Shown one piece after another: positions 51,597 to 63,972 of a stretch of 64,000 nt of DNA (the stretch's first letter is position 1; each line of letters starts with the position of its first letter). The DNA lies in the NCBI RefSeq assembly GCF_004010195.1, contig NC_057718.1, forward strand, positions 42,974,395 through 43,038,394. Direction: 5' to 3'. This DNA comes from Chiloscyllium plagiosum. Lineage: Eukaryota. The notes below the pieces were generated by a model, which was given only the letters and a program-made list of their open reading frames with translations, did no database searches and was not told where the DNA came from. The position numbers were made by a program, and so were the translations under genes.

Positions 51597-52863
51597 CACC
51601 TTTTGGACCAGTTTCTATGCCTGCAAACACAGAGTCACTGTCCAGACAGTAAGAAACCTGTACAACAGGCTGAGATTAGCAGAAACACAGTAACATTTGA
51701 AGCTAACTATCCACCTTATCGCGCATCCACATTGTCTTGTGGTTTATCCTACATTCCTGATACAGTCAATGTCTGTCTACCCCCAGCTGCACCAAGTGTG
51801 CTCACAAATATCCTGGGCACTGCTAAAAGTGCTTTCTGAAGTTAAAGTGCACTTTGGGCTCATTGTCCTCGCCAACCCATTTTAATGGAAATGTCTGTTT
51901 GCAAACCTAATTGTTTTACTCTATCTGCAAACAGACTTTCTGTGAGGGAAGGGGACGAGAGTGATGATTTGGGGGGGGGACGGGGTAGAGAGGATGGTAG
52001 GGGTTGGTGGGAAGATGGGCATTGGAAGAGGGATGGTGGAGGATGCAGTAGTTCCCTCTCATCGCTTCAACTCACCTACCCCCCCCCCCCCCCACCCCCC
52101 CAACCCGTTCTTACTCTCCTCATCTTCATTCCATCTGTCTTCACACTCCCTTCCTTCACAAACAACCCTTCAGAGACAATTTTTACCCCCTTGGCTTCAT
52201 TCCAACCCTATCCTCACTGACCCCATCTTCACTGCCTCCATCCACATTGCCCCGTCCTGACTACCCCTGTTCCCATTCTCCCTTCATCCTCATTGCCCAT
52301 CCCTGTCCTTACTCCCTTTATCTGTCTTCACAAACTAGCCCAACTGTCGAACACAGCCACCCCTTCACCCTGGCAAGCCCCCCCTCCCCTTTCCCAGCCA
52401 GCCACTCACCCCCTTTCCCTCTTCACAGCCATAGCTTCTTACACACCCCTACCCACAGCCATCACTTTCCCACGCCCAGCCCCTGTGATCACTCTCTTGA
52501 TCTGCATGCAGTCAGAATGCTTCCTGGTCAGATGCTGATTAAAGGTGATTTGCTCCATTCCACTGATGCTTGCAAATTGTACCCAGGCATTTCAATAAAA
52601 TGTGGAGGTTAGCAGAAATAATGGTACAAAAATGGCTGAAGGGGAGTCACTATTTGTCCAGTTTCCAAGGTTTCTGATTGAGCCATACTAGTCTCCTTTA
52701 TCACCTACATGTAGTGATTGTCTGTGCTGATTGTAATGTGAAGTTCAGTCTTGGTGGGGGAGGGGGAGGGCGGGTGGATGGGTTTGGCTGGAAGGGTGGT
52801 TTTGTGCTGTAGACACACTTTTCAATTACTTTTAGTGGTCCATCAGCCGACAGGGCACATTTG

Positions 52864-53173
52864 GAGGCAGCACGGTGGCTCACTGGTTAGCACTGCTGCC
52901 TCACAGCACCAGGGACCCAGGTTTGATTCCTGGCTTGTGGGAATGTCTGTGTGGAGTTTGTACATTCTCCCCGTGTCTATGTGGGTTTCCTCCGAGTGCT
53001 CCGGTTTCCTCCCACAATCCAAAGATGTGCAGGTCAGGTGAATTGGCCATGCTAAATTGTCCATAGTGTTCAAGGTAAATGTAAGGGAACGGGTCTGGGT
53101 GGGTTACTCTTCAGAGAGTCGGTGTGGACTTGTTGGGCCGAACGGCCTGTTTCCATGCTGTAGGGAATCTAAT
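52864..53173 (+). mobile_element. HE1-like V-SINE
   Basis: Same head, V-domain and tail as 46008-46310. Confidence 0.92.
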
Positions 53174-53419
53174 CATTCAGCAAGTTGCTGCACCTGCTGA
53201 GGTTTTACGTGGATACGTAATGCAGATATGTCCCCTGTTATGCATAACCAGTATGTCTCAGTGTGTGGTGAAGTGTACTCAGTTCTCACCTGTAACTGTT
53301 CTGAGATCAAAGACAATCTTTCATTCCTATGTATAATTCAAATCCTTTTCACCTGCTGCTACTGGAATTGGGTCACTGTGGATGCCTGCCGAAGACGGTA
53401 TTGAGATGCACAATGGTTA

Positions 53420-53562
53420 TTCAGTTCTGCAAAAGGGTCACTGGACATGAAACGTTTATTCTGCTTTCTCTTCACAGAGGCTGCCAGGCCTGCTCAGTTT
53501 CTCCAGCAATTTCTGCTTTTGTTTGTTTCCAATCTCCTGCCTCCACAGTTCTTTGTTTCAGT
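53420..53562 (+). mobile_element. Penelope-like terminus
   Basis: ttctgcaaaagggtcactggacatgaaacgttt..tttctccagcaatttctg. Confidence 0.7.
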
Positions 53563-53699
53563 TGACAGATGCAGGAGGATCAGGGCCGATGGCAAGCCCA
53601 GGAGCAGCAGCAGCAGAGCGTGAAGAGCATTGAACTCAGGGATAGGCTGCAGTTTCATGGTCCTTCAAGATGACTGGGTTGTGCAGGAGGCTCAGAGGC

Positions 53700-54566
53700 C
53701 CAGAGCTTCTTGAGCCCGACCCTACGTCCTGGCTCTGAGTGAGACATAGTGATGACGCAGGCTCGCCATGTCTCACGACACAGTGACAGACTTTGCTGGA
53801 TGCTAGAGCGGGACTTGATGGCTGCAGGAGTTGGAGGAGTCATCCTCTCCCAGTGGCTGTGAAGGTCACTGTGGCTCTGAATGTCTATACAATTGGCCCC
53901 TTCCAGGGAGCTCTCTGTGGGATTTCTCAGTCATGCACCCACAAATGTATCGGGACAATGATCGATCCTTTCTGTGTGAGATCACTCCAGCTTATTTCAT
54001 TTTCCCAATGACGAGGTCAGTGTTGCAGCCCAGGCAGTTGGATTCAGTCACATAGCTAGTTCCCACAAGTACAGGGTACCATTGACCGCACGCATACTGA
54101 GAGGGCCATATCATAACACTGTGCAGTTCATCAACAAGAAGGGATTCCACTAACACACCCTTCAATCATGGATCATGACCCCACTGTGTGACCTTCCTAA
54201 CTGATGTGACACACAGATTGATGCCACCCATACCTCATCCAGCATCTGCTGGAGCAGAGAATCAGGCTGTGGAGAATGTAGCTCATCTTCTTGGTCAGGT
54301 CTGGGGCAGCCCTCTAGACTAGACCAGACTGAGTGGGCTGCTACAGTGTGCCTTGTACAATAACAGCAGGCAATAAAACGATGTCATCGTTGTCAAAAAA
54401 CCTGGAGAGCAGCACCAGTCTTCGGAGGTGAAGGATGAGGAGACCGGATGAGGAATTTGATACTGTTCATGACAGAACTCAGCTGCTACAAATGCCACAT
54501 ATCAGACAGAACCCAATGACACCTGGTTCCGAGAGTAGAGAGTTGGTTGCAGTCTATTTTGACTAA
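53700..54566 (+). pseudogene. Decayed PIF/Harbinger (HARBI1-like) DDE transposase
   Basis: HPLPVAVKVTVALNVYTIGPFQG..CGISQS; QVQGTIDRTH (DGTH motif); FINKKGFH; LLEQRIRL..RSGAAL..CALYN; with stops and frameshifts. Confidence 0.85.
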
Positions 54567-54656
54567 AATATTTCGATCATGCTGTCAAAATCTCATTGGC
54601 ATTGTGTAGGCAACATACAGATTCTGTTGGGTTCTGAAAATAAAATTTCCATTTTA

Positions 54657-54943
54657 AGATTAGATTCCCTACAGTGTGGAAACAGGCCCTTCAGCCCAAC
54701 CAGTCCACACCAACCCTCTGAAGAGTAACCCACCCAGACCCATTTCACTCTAACCAATGCACCTAACACTATGGGCAATTCACCTGACCTACACATCTTT
54801 GGACTGTGGGAGGAAATGGGAGCTCCCAGAGGAAACCCACGCAGACACTACACACTCTACACAGACACGTGAGGCTGGAATCGAACCTGGGACTCTGGTG
54901 CTGTGAGGCAGCAGTACTAACTGCTAAGCCACCGTGCCATCCC
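54657..54943 (-). mobile_element. HE1-like V-SINE
   Basis: As above. Confidence 0.92.
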
Positions 54944-55616
54944 ATAATTGTATTTGCCCAGTTGTTTGTGAGTTTGTGATGTCTCCCTGCTAGACAATAA
55001 TAAGACTCTGTTCTACAGTGAGCGCTTGAACAGGGTAGTACTGACTCAGAGAGGTTATTCAGACAAGATGTAGTTACAGACAGGTAAAGGGTGTACGTGA
55101 TGATTGGACAGTGACTAGGATAACTGAACGGGTTTGTATGTGGGAGGGAGTGTCAGCCATGGACAGCAGGTCTTTGTAGCTATGCCATTATATTGCCAGT
55201 GAGAGGCAACTCTGGACTGAAAATGTTTCTCCAGATGCACAGGTGACACAGGTAAAATGGATGGTGGAGGACACCCACTGAGTGGCAAGTTGTTGTGGCA
55301 ACAGCGTATGGTTATGTAGGATGGAACTCTGACGTGAGAGGCACTGAATGGACCTGGTAAATTATTAATGAGGCAAATTGAGTACAATAGAGTGGGGAAT
55401 ATCATTGGGCCTCATGGTGAAAAACCCTCCAAAAAAACCCAAGCAACTTGACTTTGCCAAGAAAACCTAACATTCAGCCTAAATTATTCATTTAATATTT
55501 TTGCTGTTGACTTTGCTTCACTATAAAACTTGTCTCCTTTATTTTATAGCAATCTTACTTTTACTTTACTCGCAATGATTCTAAAAAGAGTCTTTGATTT
55601 TGTAGTATTGCACTAC

Positions 55617-55898
55617 TAGATTAGATTCCCTACAATATGGAAACAGGCCCTTTGGCCCAACAAGTCCACACTGACCCTCTAAAGAGTAACTGACGCAGAT
55701 CCCTCTGACTAATGTACCTAACACGACGAGCAATTTAGCACAGCCAATTCACCTAACCTGCACATCTTTGGACTGTGGGAGGAAACTGGAGCACCCAGAG
55801 GAAACCCATGCAGACATGGGGAGACAGTTGCCCAAGGCTGGAATCAAACCTGGGACCGTGAGGAAGCAGAGCTAACCACTGAGCCACCATGCCATCCC
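55617..55898 (-). mobile_element. HE1-like V-SINE
   Basis: As above, with internal deletions. Confidence 0.9.
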
Positions 55899-56589
55899 TG
55901 GTCTTGTTTTAATACTATCTAAGTTTTATTCTAGTTTTGCTTTCAGTCTGTATACTTGGCCTGGTTTTGTTTTTGTTGTCTATCACACACGTGTGAAATT
56001 ATTTTAAAAATTTTATTGTCTGTATTTATTATGAAAACAGTGTTTGTTTTTTGTTTTTTGTTTTTTTCCAGGATTTGTTTAATCTCTTCCTTGTTTATGT
56101 TTTGCTTGAATATTTACCATTTCTTTTTAGAGTTCCATTTCCTATTCTGTCAATTTGATAAATTTAGTTAATTTTATCCCAAAACTATTGCCTTGCTTGT
56201 TTTTATACTGCAACAAATTGGAATGAATCATGATCATTTTTTGCAAAATCTTCTTCTTTTAGTTACGAGCATGACTTATTTTATTATTCAGATTTTTTTG
56301 GTGGCATTTCTTTGTTAGAGTAAAAACATATTAACTGAAAAAAAATTGTAAATTTCTTACAAGTAATAGTTTCATAAATCCCAGTCTATGTTTTGATCAT
56401 GGAAATTTCCAATAATTACATATATAATTTACACCAATGCAAAAACACAAACTCAGATACATTTCAATAAATTTTGCTGTTCACTGTAAACCATCTGATC
56501 ACAGAAATTAAAGCTGTAGCTATCATTGAGCATGAATTCATTGCGATGATCCCAAAGATGAGAAACTATAACTACAATGAAATATTTGA

Positions 56590-57245
56590 GCTATGGGAAG
56601 AGTTCCACAGAAGCAGAGAACATCCAAGAGGAGATTTAATAGGGCATTTAAAACTGTGAAGGGTTTGATAGAGTGAATAGGAAAATAATATTTTTTCTGA
56701 CTAAAAGTGTCATTCAGAAACTGACGGGAGATGGAGGAGACATTTCTGGACAAGAGAGTGGGAGGAACGTGAACTATTTGACACAAGAAACAGCTGAGAC
56801 AGAAACCATTTGATCTGTAAAGGAAAAAAAAGAATAAATATCTTGTAAGAAAAGAGGATGTAGAGCCATGGGGAGAAAGAAGGGCAATGGGATTAGACTG
56901 AGATTTCTCTGAGTGTCACAAATCTGAAGAGTCAAATGATCTTGTTATGTACCCCTATGGTTTACATGAGTTAATAGAAATAAGAAAAAAAATGACCATA
57001 GCCAAATGGATCTTAAGTAAGGATGTTCAGAACATCAGAGAATGTAAAGCGATAAACGTAATGCAGAATAGAGTAGAAAATATAAACTATAACGAAGGAG
57101 TTGGATATAGTACTTGGATCAAAGGATATGGGAGGAAAGCCAGTTCAGGTAACAGAGCTGGATGAACAGCCATGATCATAATGATTGGCAGAGCAGGTTC
57201 AAGGATTGATTCACTTACCCTTGCTCCTATTTTCTATGTTTCTAT
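56590..57245 (+). mobile_element. Two CR1 3' fragments
   Basis: agaggagatttaatagggcattt..gggtttgatagagtg; atcaaaggatatggg..cagccatgatcat..ttctatgtttctat tail. Confidence 0.7.
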
Positions 57246-57729
57246 ATAAATACGTAATGAATTGATAGGAAAAAGACACAGGGAACAAAACGATTTGGGT
57301 GTGGTTAATGACCAGTGATTGAAAGTGTTTAGTCAATGTGAAGCTAACAGCAAACAGACGAGACAATTACTGAAGCTGAGGTGTACAAAGTGATTTAAAA
57401 GTTGCATTACTCTTCAGTTAGAACATGTTCCATTTATGCTGTGGACTTATAGACATCCTACCTTTAAAATATTATTAATGGCTTGTGAGAATTCAGAGAA
57501 AAAGCATCACAAATAATTCTAGAATCTAGAAAAAAAGAAGAAATAAATTGTATTTATGTAGCATTTGTCATGTACTCAGGACATTCAAAAATATTCTACT
57601 ATGAAAGAATGTCTTTTGAAGTACTGAAGTCATACATGATAAAATTCCACAAATAACAATGAGATAAATGACGAGAACTCAGTTTAACTCCCCATCACAT
57701 CGAACAGAGCAATACTCCCTCAATGGGTG

Positions 57730-57995
57730 GAGCAATAACCTAGTTGTATTATTGTTAGACTATTTATCCAGACTGTTTATGGCAGATGGTGGAATTTGAA
57801 TTTAAAAAAGAATAGATGGAATTTGAATTTGAATAAATTAGAGGAATTGTGGCTCTAATGATGACCGGGAAACAATTGCCAATTGTTGGAAAACCCCATC
57901 TGGTTCACTAACATCCTTTAGGGAAGAAAATCTACCATCATTGCCTGGTCTGGCCGACACGTGACTCCAGACACACAGCAACGTGGTTGACTCTT
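57730..57995 (+). mobile_element. tRNA-headed SINE (same family as 1165-1490)
   Basis: atggcagatggtggaatttgaatt..catctggttcactaa..gtgactccagac..gtggttgactctt. Confidence 0.75.
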
Positions 57996-57998
57996 TTA

Positions 57999-58285
57999 TG
58001 GGTGGCATGGCAGCTCAGTGGTTAGTACTACTGCCTCACAGTTTCAATGACCTAGTTCGCTTTAACCCTCAGGCGACTGTCAATGTGAAGTTTGCACATT
58101 CTCACTGAATCCGGATGGGTTTGTTCAGATTTCTGCCCATAATCCAAAAATGAGCAGGTCAGGTGGATTAGCCATGGGAAATGCAGGGTTATATGGATGG
58201 GGTGGGTTTAGGTGGATTGCTCTTTGGAGGATCGGTTTGGATTCAATGGGCCAAATGGGCTGCTTCCACACTGTAGGGTTTCTAT
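57999..58285 (+). mobile_element. HE1-like V-SINE (older)
   Basis: gggtggcatggcagctcagtggttagtactactgcctcacag..gcttccacactgtaggg. Confidence 0.85.
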
Positions 58286-59599
58286 AATACTGCACTGAAA
58301 TGTCAACCTAGAATATGTGTTAAAATGTGGTGTAGGATATGAACTCACAATCTTCTATTTAGTACTCTAAGTTCTGAGCAGAGAACTACAAAAATAAATT
58401 ATTTTCACTTGATTTAGAGAGTAGACAATCTGAAGGTTGTCATCACAGGACAGGATAACACAAGAATAACAGTAACAATCTTCAGTGAAATTAAAATTAA
58501 TTTCCTCATATAGTTGTGGATACAGAAAGTAAAGAGGTATATAATCATTTTGCAAAAGAATGCAATTCATGGTTGTAATGATAAATATAGCATGACAGTT
58601 TACGGTAGTTACTTTACTGATGTGTGCAAGAGAGGGGCCAACTATAAAATAATTTCCTCAAATTGCAAGCATATAGAACAAGACTGACCTACAAATTTGC
58701 TAATTCTCTTCAAGGAGAAACTTGACAATGTTTTATCTTCATTGATATTTTATCTACACCTCTCAAGAGAATGTTGTATTGGTTGAAATCTATGACATGC
58801 CAATTTGTGAGTGTTCTAAGAATCAAGCACATTTCTTGTTAAAGACCCTCTTCCACTTTTATATTCTTATGTCTATTACTAAAATGCTGTTCCAAAGCAT
58901 GGGACATTACCCAATTCTGACCCAACAAAATGTTGTCATCCCTTGAAATCCAGTCAGATGCATAAGTGGCATGGGAGCAGTCCAACATGCTAGAATTCGG
59001 CCGAATAGCCCATTTCTAACTGCAAATTGAATGTAGATAAAAACATTGTTAATGGATAGAATTAGGAACTCAGCAATTCTCCTTCTGAAAATTGGTTGTT
59101 CCTGTGTCAATGATTTAGGCAGATTCAGTTTTTTACAATTGGCAATTATATCAATGGCCAAATCATACATTATTGATATTGCCACTGAAAACCTAGTTAC
59201 ATTCTGGCAAGGGGAACATGTTTTCAGCAGTGGCTTTCTCCATTTCTGAGCTACTGAGCTTAATAAGGAATATTTCAAAACATTTCTGGAGTCTTCTTCG
59301 AATATATACAGGATTCTAATAATTGATACATAAGTACAGCCTTTTTCAAGCACAAAAGTATATTCTGTTTCCGCAACATATCATCATTAGTTTTCCTGAT
59401 TTTCTTGCTTTTAGATATTAAAACAAGTGAATATAGGTAGTTTTTCCAAAGTCAAGCATAAAGTTGCTTCCCACACTTTTGTAGCATTCTATGCATCATT
59501 TGCCAGTTAACCATGCTAGAAATTGCAATGTGCAGTAAAGGATCTGGGTCTTGATAATATCATACGTAAGATACTTTTGCGTCTACCCAACTGTCTAGA

Positions 59600-59652
59600 T
59601 AAGGTCACAGTTTAATGTCTCATCCAAAAGATAGTACCTTCAGCAATGTAGC
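59600..59652 (-). mobile_element. Deu-domain fragment
   Basis: gtttaatgtctcatccaaaagatagtaccttcagcaatgtagc. Confidence 0.5.
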
Positions 59653-59825
59653 TAGAAAAATAATTGTGAAATAACCACTGAAAGCATCCCCCTTAAATGC
59701 AGTATTGTAATCTCCTTTAACCATACCCAGTGACAGGCCAATTCTGCAGTCTCAACATTCTTTGTTTAAAGAAATTCTTCCTAATTTATTTATTTTATTT
59801 GTTAGTTATTATCTTACATATGTAT

Positions 59826-59874
59826 GACGAGGTGGCCAAGAGGTTAAGGTGGTGGACTGCTAACCAATTGTGCT
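59826..59874 (+). pseudogene. tRNA-Ser(GCT) 5' fragment
   Basis: 43/49 match to the recalled vertebrate tRNA-Ser-GCT 5' part (GACGAGGTGGCCGAGTGGTTAAGGCGATGGACTGCTAATCCATTGTGCT); T-arm and 3' acceptor strand absent. Confidence 0.85.
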
Positions 59875-59875
59875 T

Positions 59876-60152
59876 GGGGTGGCACGGTGGTTAGCACTGC
59901 TGCCTCACAGTGTAAGAGACCCAGGTTCAATTCCTACCTCAGGTGACTCTCTGAGTGGAGTTTGCACATTCTCCCTGTGTCTGCATGGGTTTACTCCCAC
60001 AGTCCAAAAATGTGCAGGTTAGGTGAATTGGTCAAGTTAAATTGCCTGTAGTGTTCGGTGTAGGGGAATGGGTCTGGGTGGGTTGTGCTTCGGCGGGTTG
60101 GTGTGGACTTGTTGGGCCGAAGGGCCTGTTTCCACATTGTAAGTAATCTAAT
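59876..60152 (+). mobile_element. HE1-like V-SINE
   Basis: As above; tail gtaatctaat. Confidence 0.92.
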
Positions 60153-60399
60153 ATGCATCTCTTTATTTTGGTTTTACAGGTGTACATCAATATTTATGTT
60201 CATTTCCAAGCTGCTCCAGCACAATTTCAACACTGATATCTACGAACACTGTGTAAAATTGCTTTGGCAATTTCTATCCACAATCTAGAGGTCAAATCCA
60301 ACAAGGCTTGAATTTCACAGATGTGCCAAGGATATGAAAAAAGACAATATTTGAGTCAATGTGGCACTAAAATCCTTAGTAATTTTAAAGTTAATGGGA

Positions 60400-61390
60400 A
60401 ATTTGGGGAAACATTTCCAATGGCTGAAGAAAAGGAGGATGTTTGTGCTTGTTGGAAGCTAATCACTTCAGCCCTAGATGTTGATGCAGTATTTCCTAGC
60501 ACAACAGCCTAGGCCTACCTGTCTTCAGATATTTAATCAGCTACTTTTCCTCTGTCATAAAGTATGGAGTGATGATGCTCACAAATTACAGGGAAATGTA
60601 TACCTCATGTTATAACCTATCAGCACCAGCTCACAAGCAATAAGACCTGGCTAATAATAACAAACAACATTTGCATCATGTAAGTGCTGGATAATGATGA
60701 ATAACTGAGAACCTAAAAATGTCACATGATGTTTTTTATTGAAATTACCAATATCAAATCTTCTGCTTTCAACATCTTGGTGTCTCAATCGACCATGAAC
60801 TGAACTTAAATGCCATGGCGAGCAATGTAAGTCAGGTTAAAGTTTCTGAAACAAGTGATTCATCAAATCCTTTCAAACACCTAAAAAAACAAAAGCCAGG
60901 TGCATCAGGCAGTACTGTCCAATGATTTGGATGGATGCAGCAGTACAACATTCAGGAAATTCAATGCCACCCAGTCCATTTGATCAGTGCTTTATCCACC
61001 AATCTGAACATAAAGCTCCTCTACCATCAGCATATTGTGGCTACTATACATATTGTCAGTGGAATGCATTGTGATAGCTTGGCAAGATACCTTCAGCATA
61101 CATTCAAAACTAGCAACATCCATCACCTAGAAGAACAGGAAAAACACATTGATGGGTAAGCTAATACCTTTAAGATCTCCAGGACATCACGTCACCCTGA
61201 TTTTGATAAATAGTGCCATTCCGTCTTTATTTTAGGGTCAAATTTATATTTTCTACCTAACAACATTGTGGAAGCACCTTCACCTCAAGCATTGCTTGGT
61301 TCAAAAAGGATGCCCATCATTACCTTCTCAGGATAGCCAGTGAACAACAATAAATCCTGGCATTGCCAACAGTGCGCACATCCTGAAACT
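60400..61390 (+). mobile_element. Decayed CR1/L2-group LINE RT and 3' end
   Basis: cctaggcctacctgtcttcagatatttaatcag (LGP..F..F.N); 3' end homologous to 14655-14990. Confidence 0.7.
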
Positions 61391-62683
61391 GCCAAAGATG
61401 CATAATGTCTTACCACAGGCTGTGTTCTGAAAGAGTTAATGGGATCTAAACAATGATTGTCCACATTTACTGCTCTAAGGTCAAGCAATAATGCAACTGA
61501 AGTATTCAAATGAATATAAATTTTAACACTTAGCAATAAAGGCTGTAAAATACACAAGGTGAGGAAGGCACTTGGGCAATCACATTCACTTAAGGCAGGA
61601 ATGTGGTTTTTACTCATTCAGTTTAACAAATCTAAACATTTTCTGATTGGAAGCCACATCATTTTTACCTAAATCTGGAAGCCATTGAAAGACCGACCTA
61701 GGAAATCAGTGTCAGAGAAATAAACAGGCTTCTAAATTTATTAGAAAGATGGAGGACAGTAAAAAATATATTAATAGCCCTAAAAGATGGAGCTAAATCT
61801 ACCTCCTAATCCAGGGCCAGTTTCTGGAAAACATCCTTTTATCTTGGGTCAACTATTGTGGCTTTGAAAACCATATCATACATATACTTTCACAGTAAAA
61901 ATAAAATCATAGTGCAATAGTATCTGTGTACTTTACCGAATTAAATATCTTGAAAAGTAAATATTGCACGAGTTTATTCTGTTGACTTGTTTTGCTATTG
62001 TCACTTCTTTTCCCCTACTTTTCTCTCTCACCCTGTCTCACAACAAAAGTTTTATATCTTTCCTATTTGATACCAATTTGAAGAAGCAGTTTTTGCAGGC
62101 AATTTAAGAGACTACAACATGGGATAACCTGGAGAGATAAAGTTTTGAAACGAAAAATTGTGACTGGCTGAAATGAGAAAGTTGACCATGCAATCGAGCA
62201 AAGAAGTTGTTCAGACCTGGTAACCTTTAAGTTACCACATATGTACTGTACCAACATCAAAAATAGTTCACTGTTGCTGCCATATTTTGAAGCTAGCAGG
62301 CGAAGGCTTTGGCTAAATATGAACAGGTTTGGATTATTGCCTGTTTTCAGGAGAAATGCGGAAGTGCACTGTGTCATTAGAATGTCCTGGTGTTCCGTTA
62401 AGTTAGAATCCATAATGAAGTAACTACAAAATGGGAAGGGAACGGTTCAGAGAGGGAGAGACCTGCAGACAGGTCGATGAGGAATGTAAGAAGAACAGAC
62501 AAATCAGACTGGGTGAATTAAACTATTCCACGATAGACCAGCATTAATATGATGCACAGTGGCAAAATTATAAATACATTCTAAAATGCAGCGACCTAGC
62601 ACTGCTTCCCAGATCAATATGGGTTTTTTTTTCCGTCAAACTGGGCAGCAAAGGTTTAGTTCTGGCAGATTAATTCATTGGGA

Positions 62684-62717
62684 CCGACAGGGGGCACTAG
62701 CCCCAATCGCCGCCCCC
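62684..62717 (+). promoter_or_regulatory. CTCF-like motif followed by CCAAT and GC-box
   Basis: CCGACAGGGGGCACTAG (one departure from CCRSYAGRKGGCRS), CCAAT at 62703, CCGCCCCC at 62710. Confidence 0.45.
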
Positions 62718-63958
62718 AAACTCTGACATTCACATATCAACTTCTACTTCTGGCAGACTTGACACTGAGAAACCTGTGACATTTTGATGCACACCCCATG
62801 CTCGCCTATGTCCACCCCCCTCCACCTTTGTGTGGTGTTATTGAGAGAATGCACTGTTGACGCTTTAAGGTTTCCCTTGGCTTAGACAATATTCAAAGCT
62901 CTGGACCCAGAATCCTGTTTCTTGCAGAACTATTGCATGCGAATTTGATGAAACTGGAGGATCTGGTTATGGTGAGGAGGGGGGTACGGCCAGGTATTTG
63001 TTTCCCTAATCCTGTAGTTGATATATGACCTTTGGAAATAATGCAACAATATTAATGTTAAATTGTAAGCAAATACATTTATACAAGTACTTGCTTTAAT
63101 TTTATGCTAGATATAGTTTCTTTTTAGATATATAGCATTCTAATTGGTTGCTATTTTGTCTTCGTGAAACAATCTAAAATGCAGGCAAATTACAGACATT
63201 GGTATGACCTTCCCAACACTCAACCTAGATATTTCAAAGATGACATTAAACAAGCAGGACATAATTGTTCCATGGGTGAAGTGAGTTTTTACTTTAATTT
63301 GCATCAATATATTTTTCTATGAAGGTACCGAACCAAAGCGGTCCCTTTCTATATTGCCCCCACAGCATCTGAAGCGATTGAACGTACAGTTCTCCACTGA
63401 GTGGTTAATGCCAATCTAGACTAACATGAATCATTTTACAGACAGCGAATTGTCCTTAACTGGCATAACTGATTTGGACTTGTATATGAATCTCGACATC
63501 TGAAGGAGAATGTTTCAGACCACTGTTTCATCTGACTACCTTACAACTTACTTTTTTTGTCATTGTGTAATGATGAACAATACTGGCTCCACCGACGTGG
63601 CCCGGTTATTTATTTGCTCCACAGCTCGATCCTGTTTCTTTCTTTTTGATCCTTTCTGTTCCTGATCGTCATAACAATAGCACACAAGTGTTATTTCCCA
63701 ACTTAATAGAGGCAAACTATCCCGATACAATCTGGGCTTCTTGTAACCATTGTGGGGCTGGAAGGCAAAGTTAGCCGGGAGTTGCTATTCGAGTGCTGAC
63801 ACAGTAATGTTTCAGCTTGAGACAGTTAGGTGGAATGTCAGTATACATATATTTTTAAAAGGAGCTTCCAACTTGTTGACACCTTGTGCCAATGTGACTG
63901 AATCGTGCATCAAACTCCTTTGTGCATCTTTTGATTCAACTTTTAACCTCTGGCCTCT

Positions 63959-63972
63959 GTTGCCTTGGTAAC
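63959..63972. promoter_or_regulatory. RFX X-box
   Basis: GTTGCCTTGGTAAC fits the 14-bp GTNRCCNNRGYAAC consensus, in non-repetitive sequence. Confidence 0.5.

Larger units (their letters stand above)
57545..58360 (-). mobile_element. DeuSINE-like copy split by two younger insertions
   Basis: ..gcaatactccctcaat at about 57709-57724 resumes as aatactgcactgaaatgtcaacctaga at about 58286. Confidence 0.55.

Noticed and set aside
58907..59353. 148-aa minus-strand ORF in unique sequence
   Set aside because: No recognisable domain, non-ATG start, no clear splice boundaries; cannot be excluded without RNA-seq
59826..59874. Functional tRNA gene
   Set aside because: Lacks T-arm/B-box and 3' acceptor strand
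62063..62413. 116-aa ATG-initiated minus ORF downstream of an acceptor-like site
   Set aside because: No recognisable homology; length is compatible with chance
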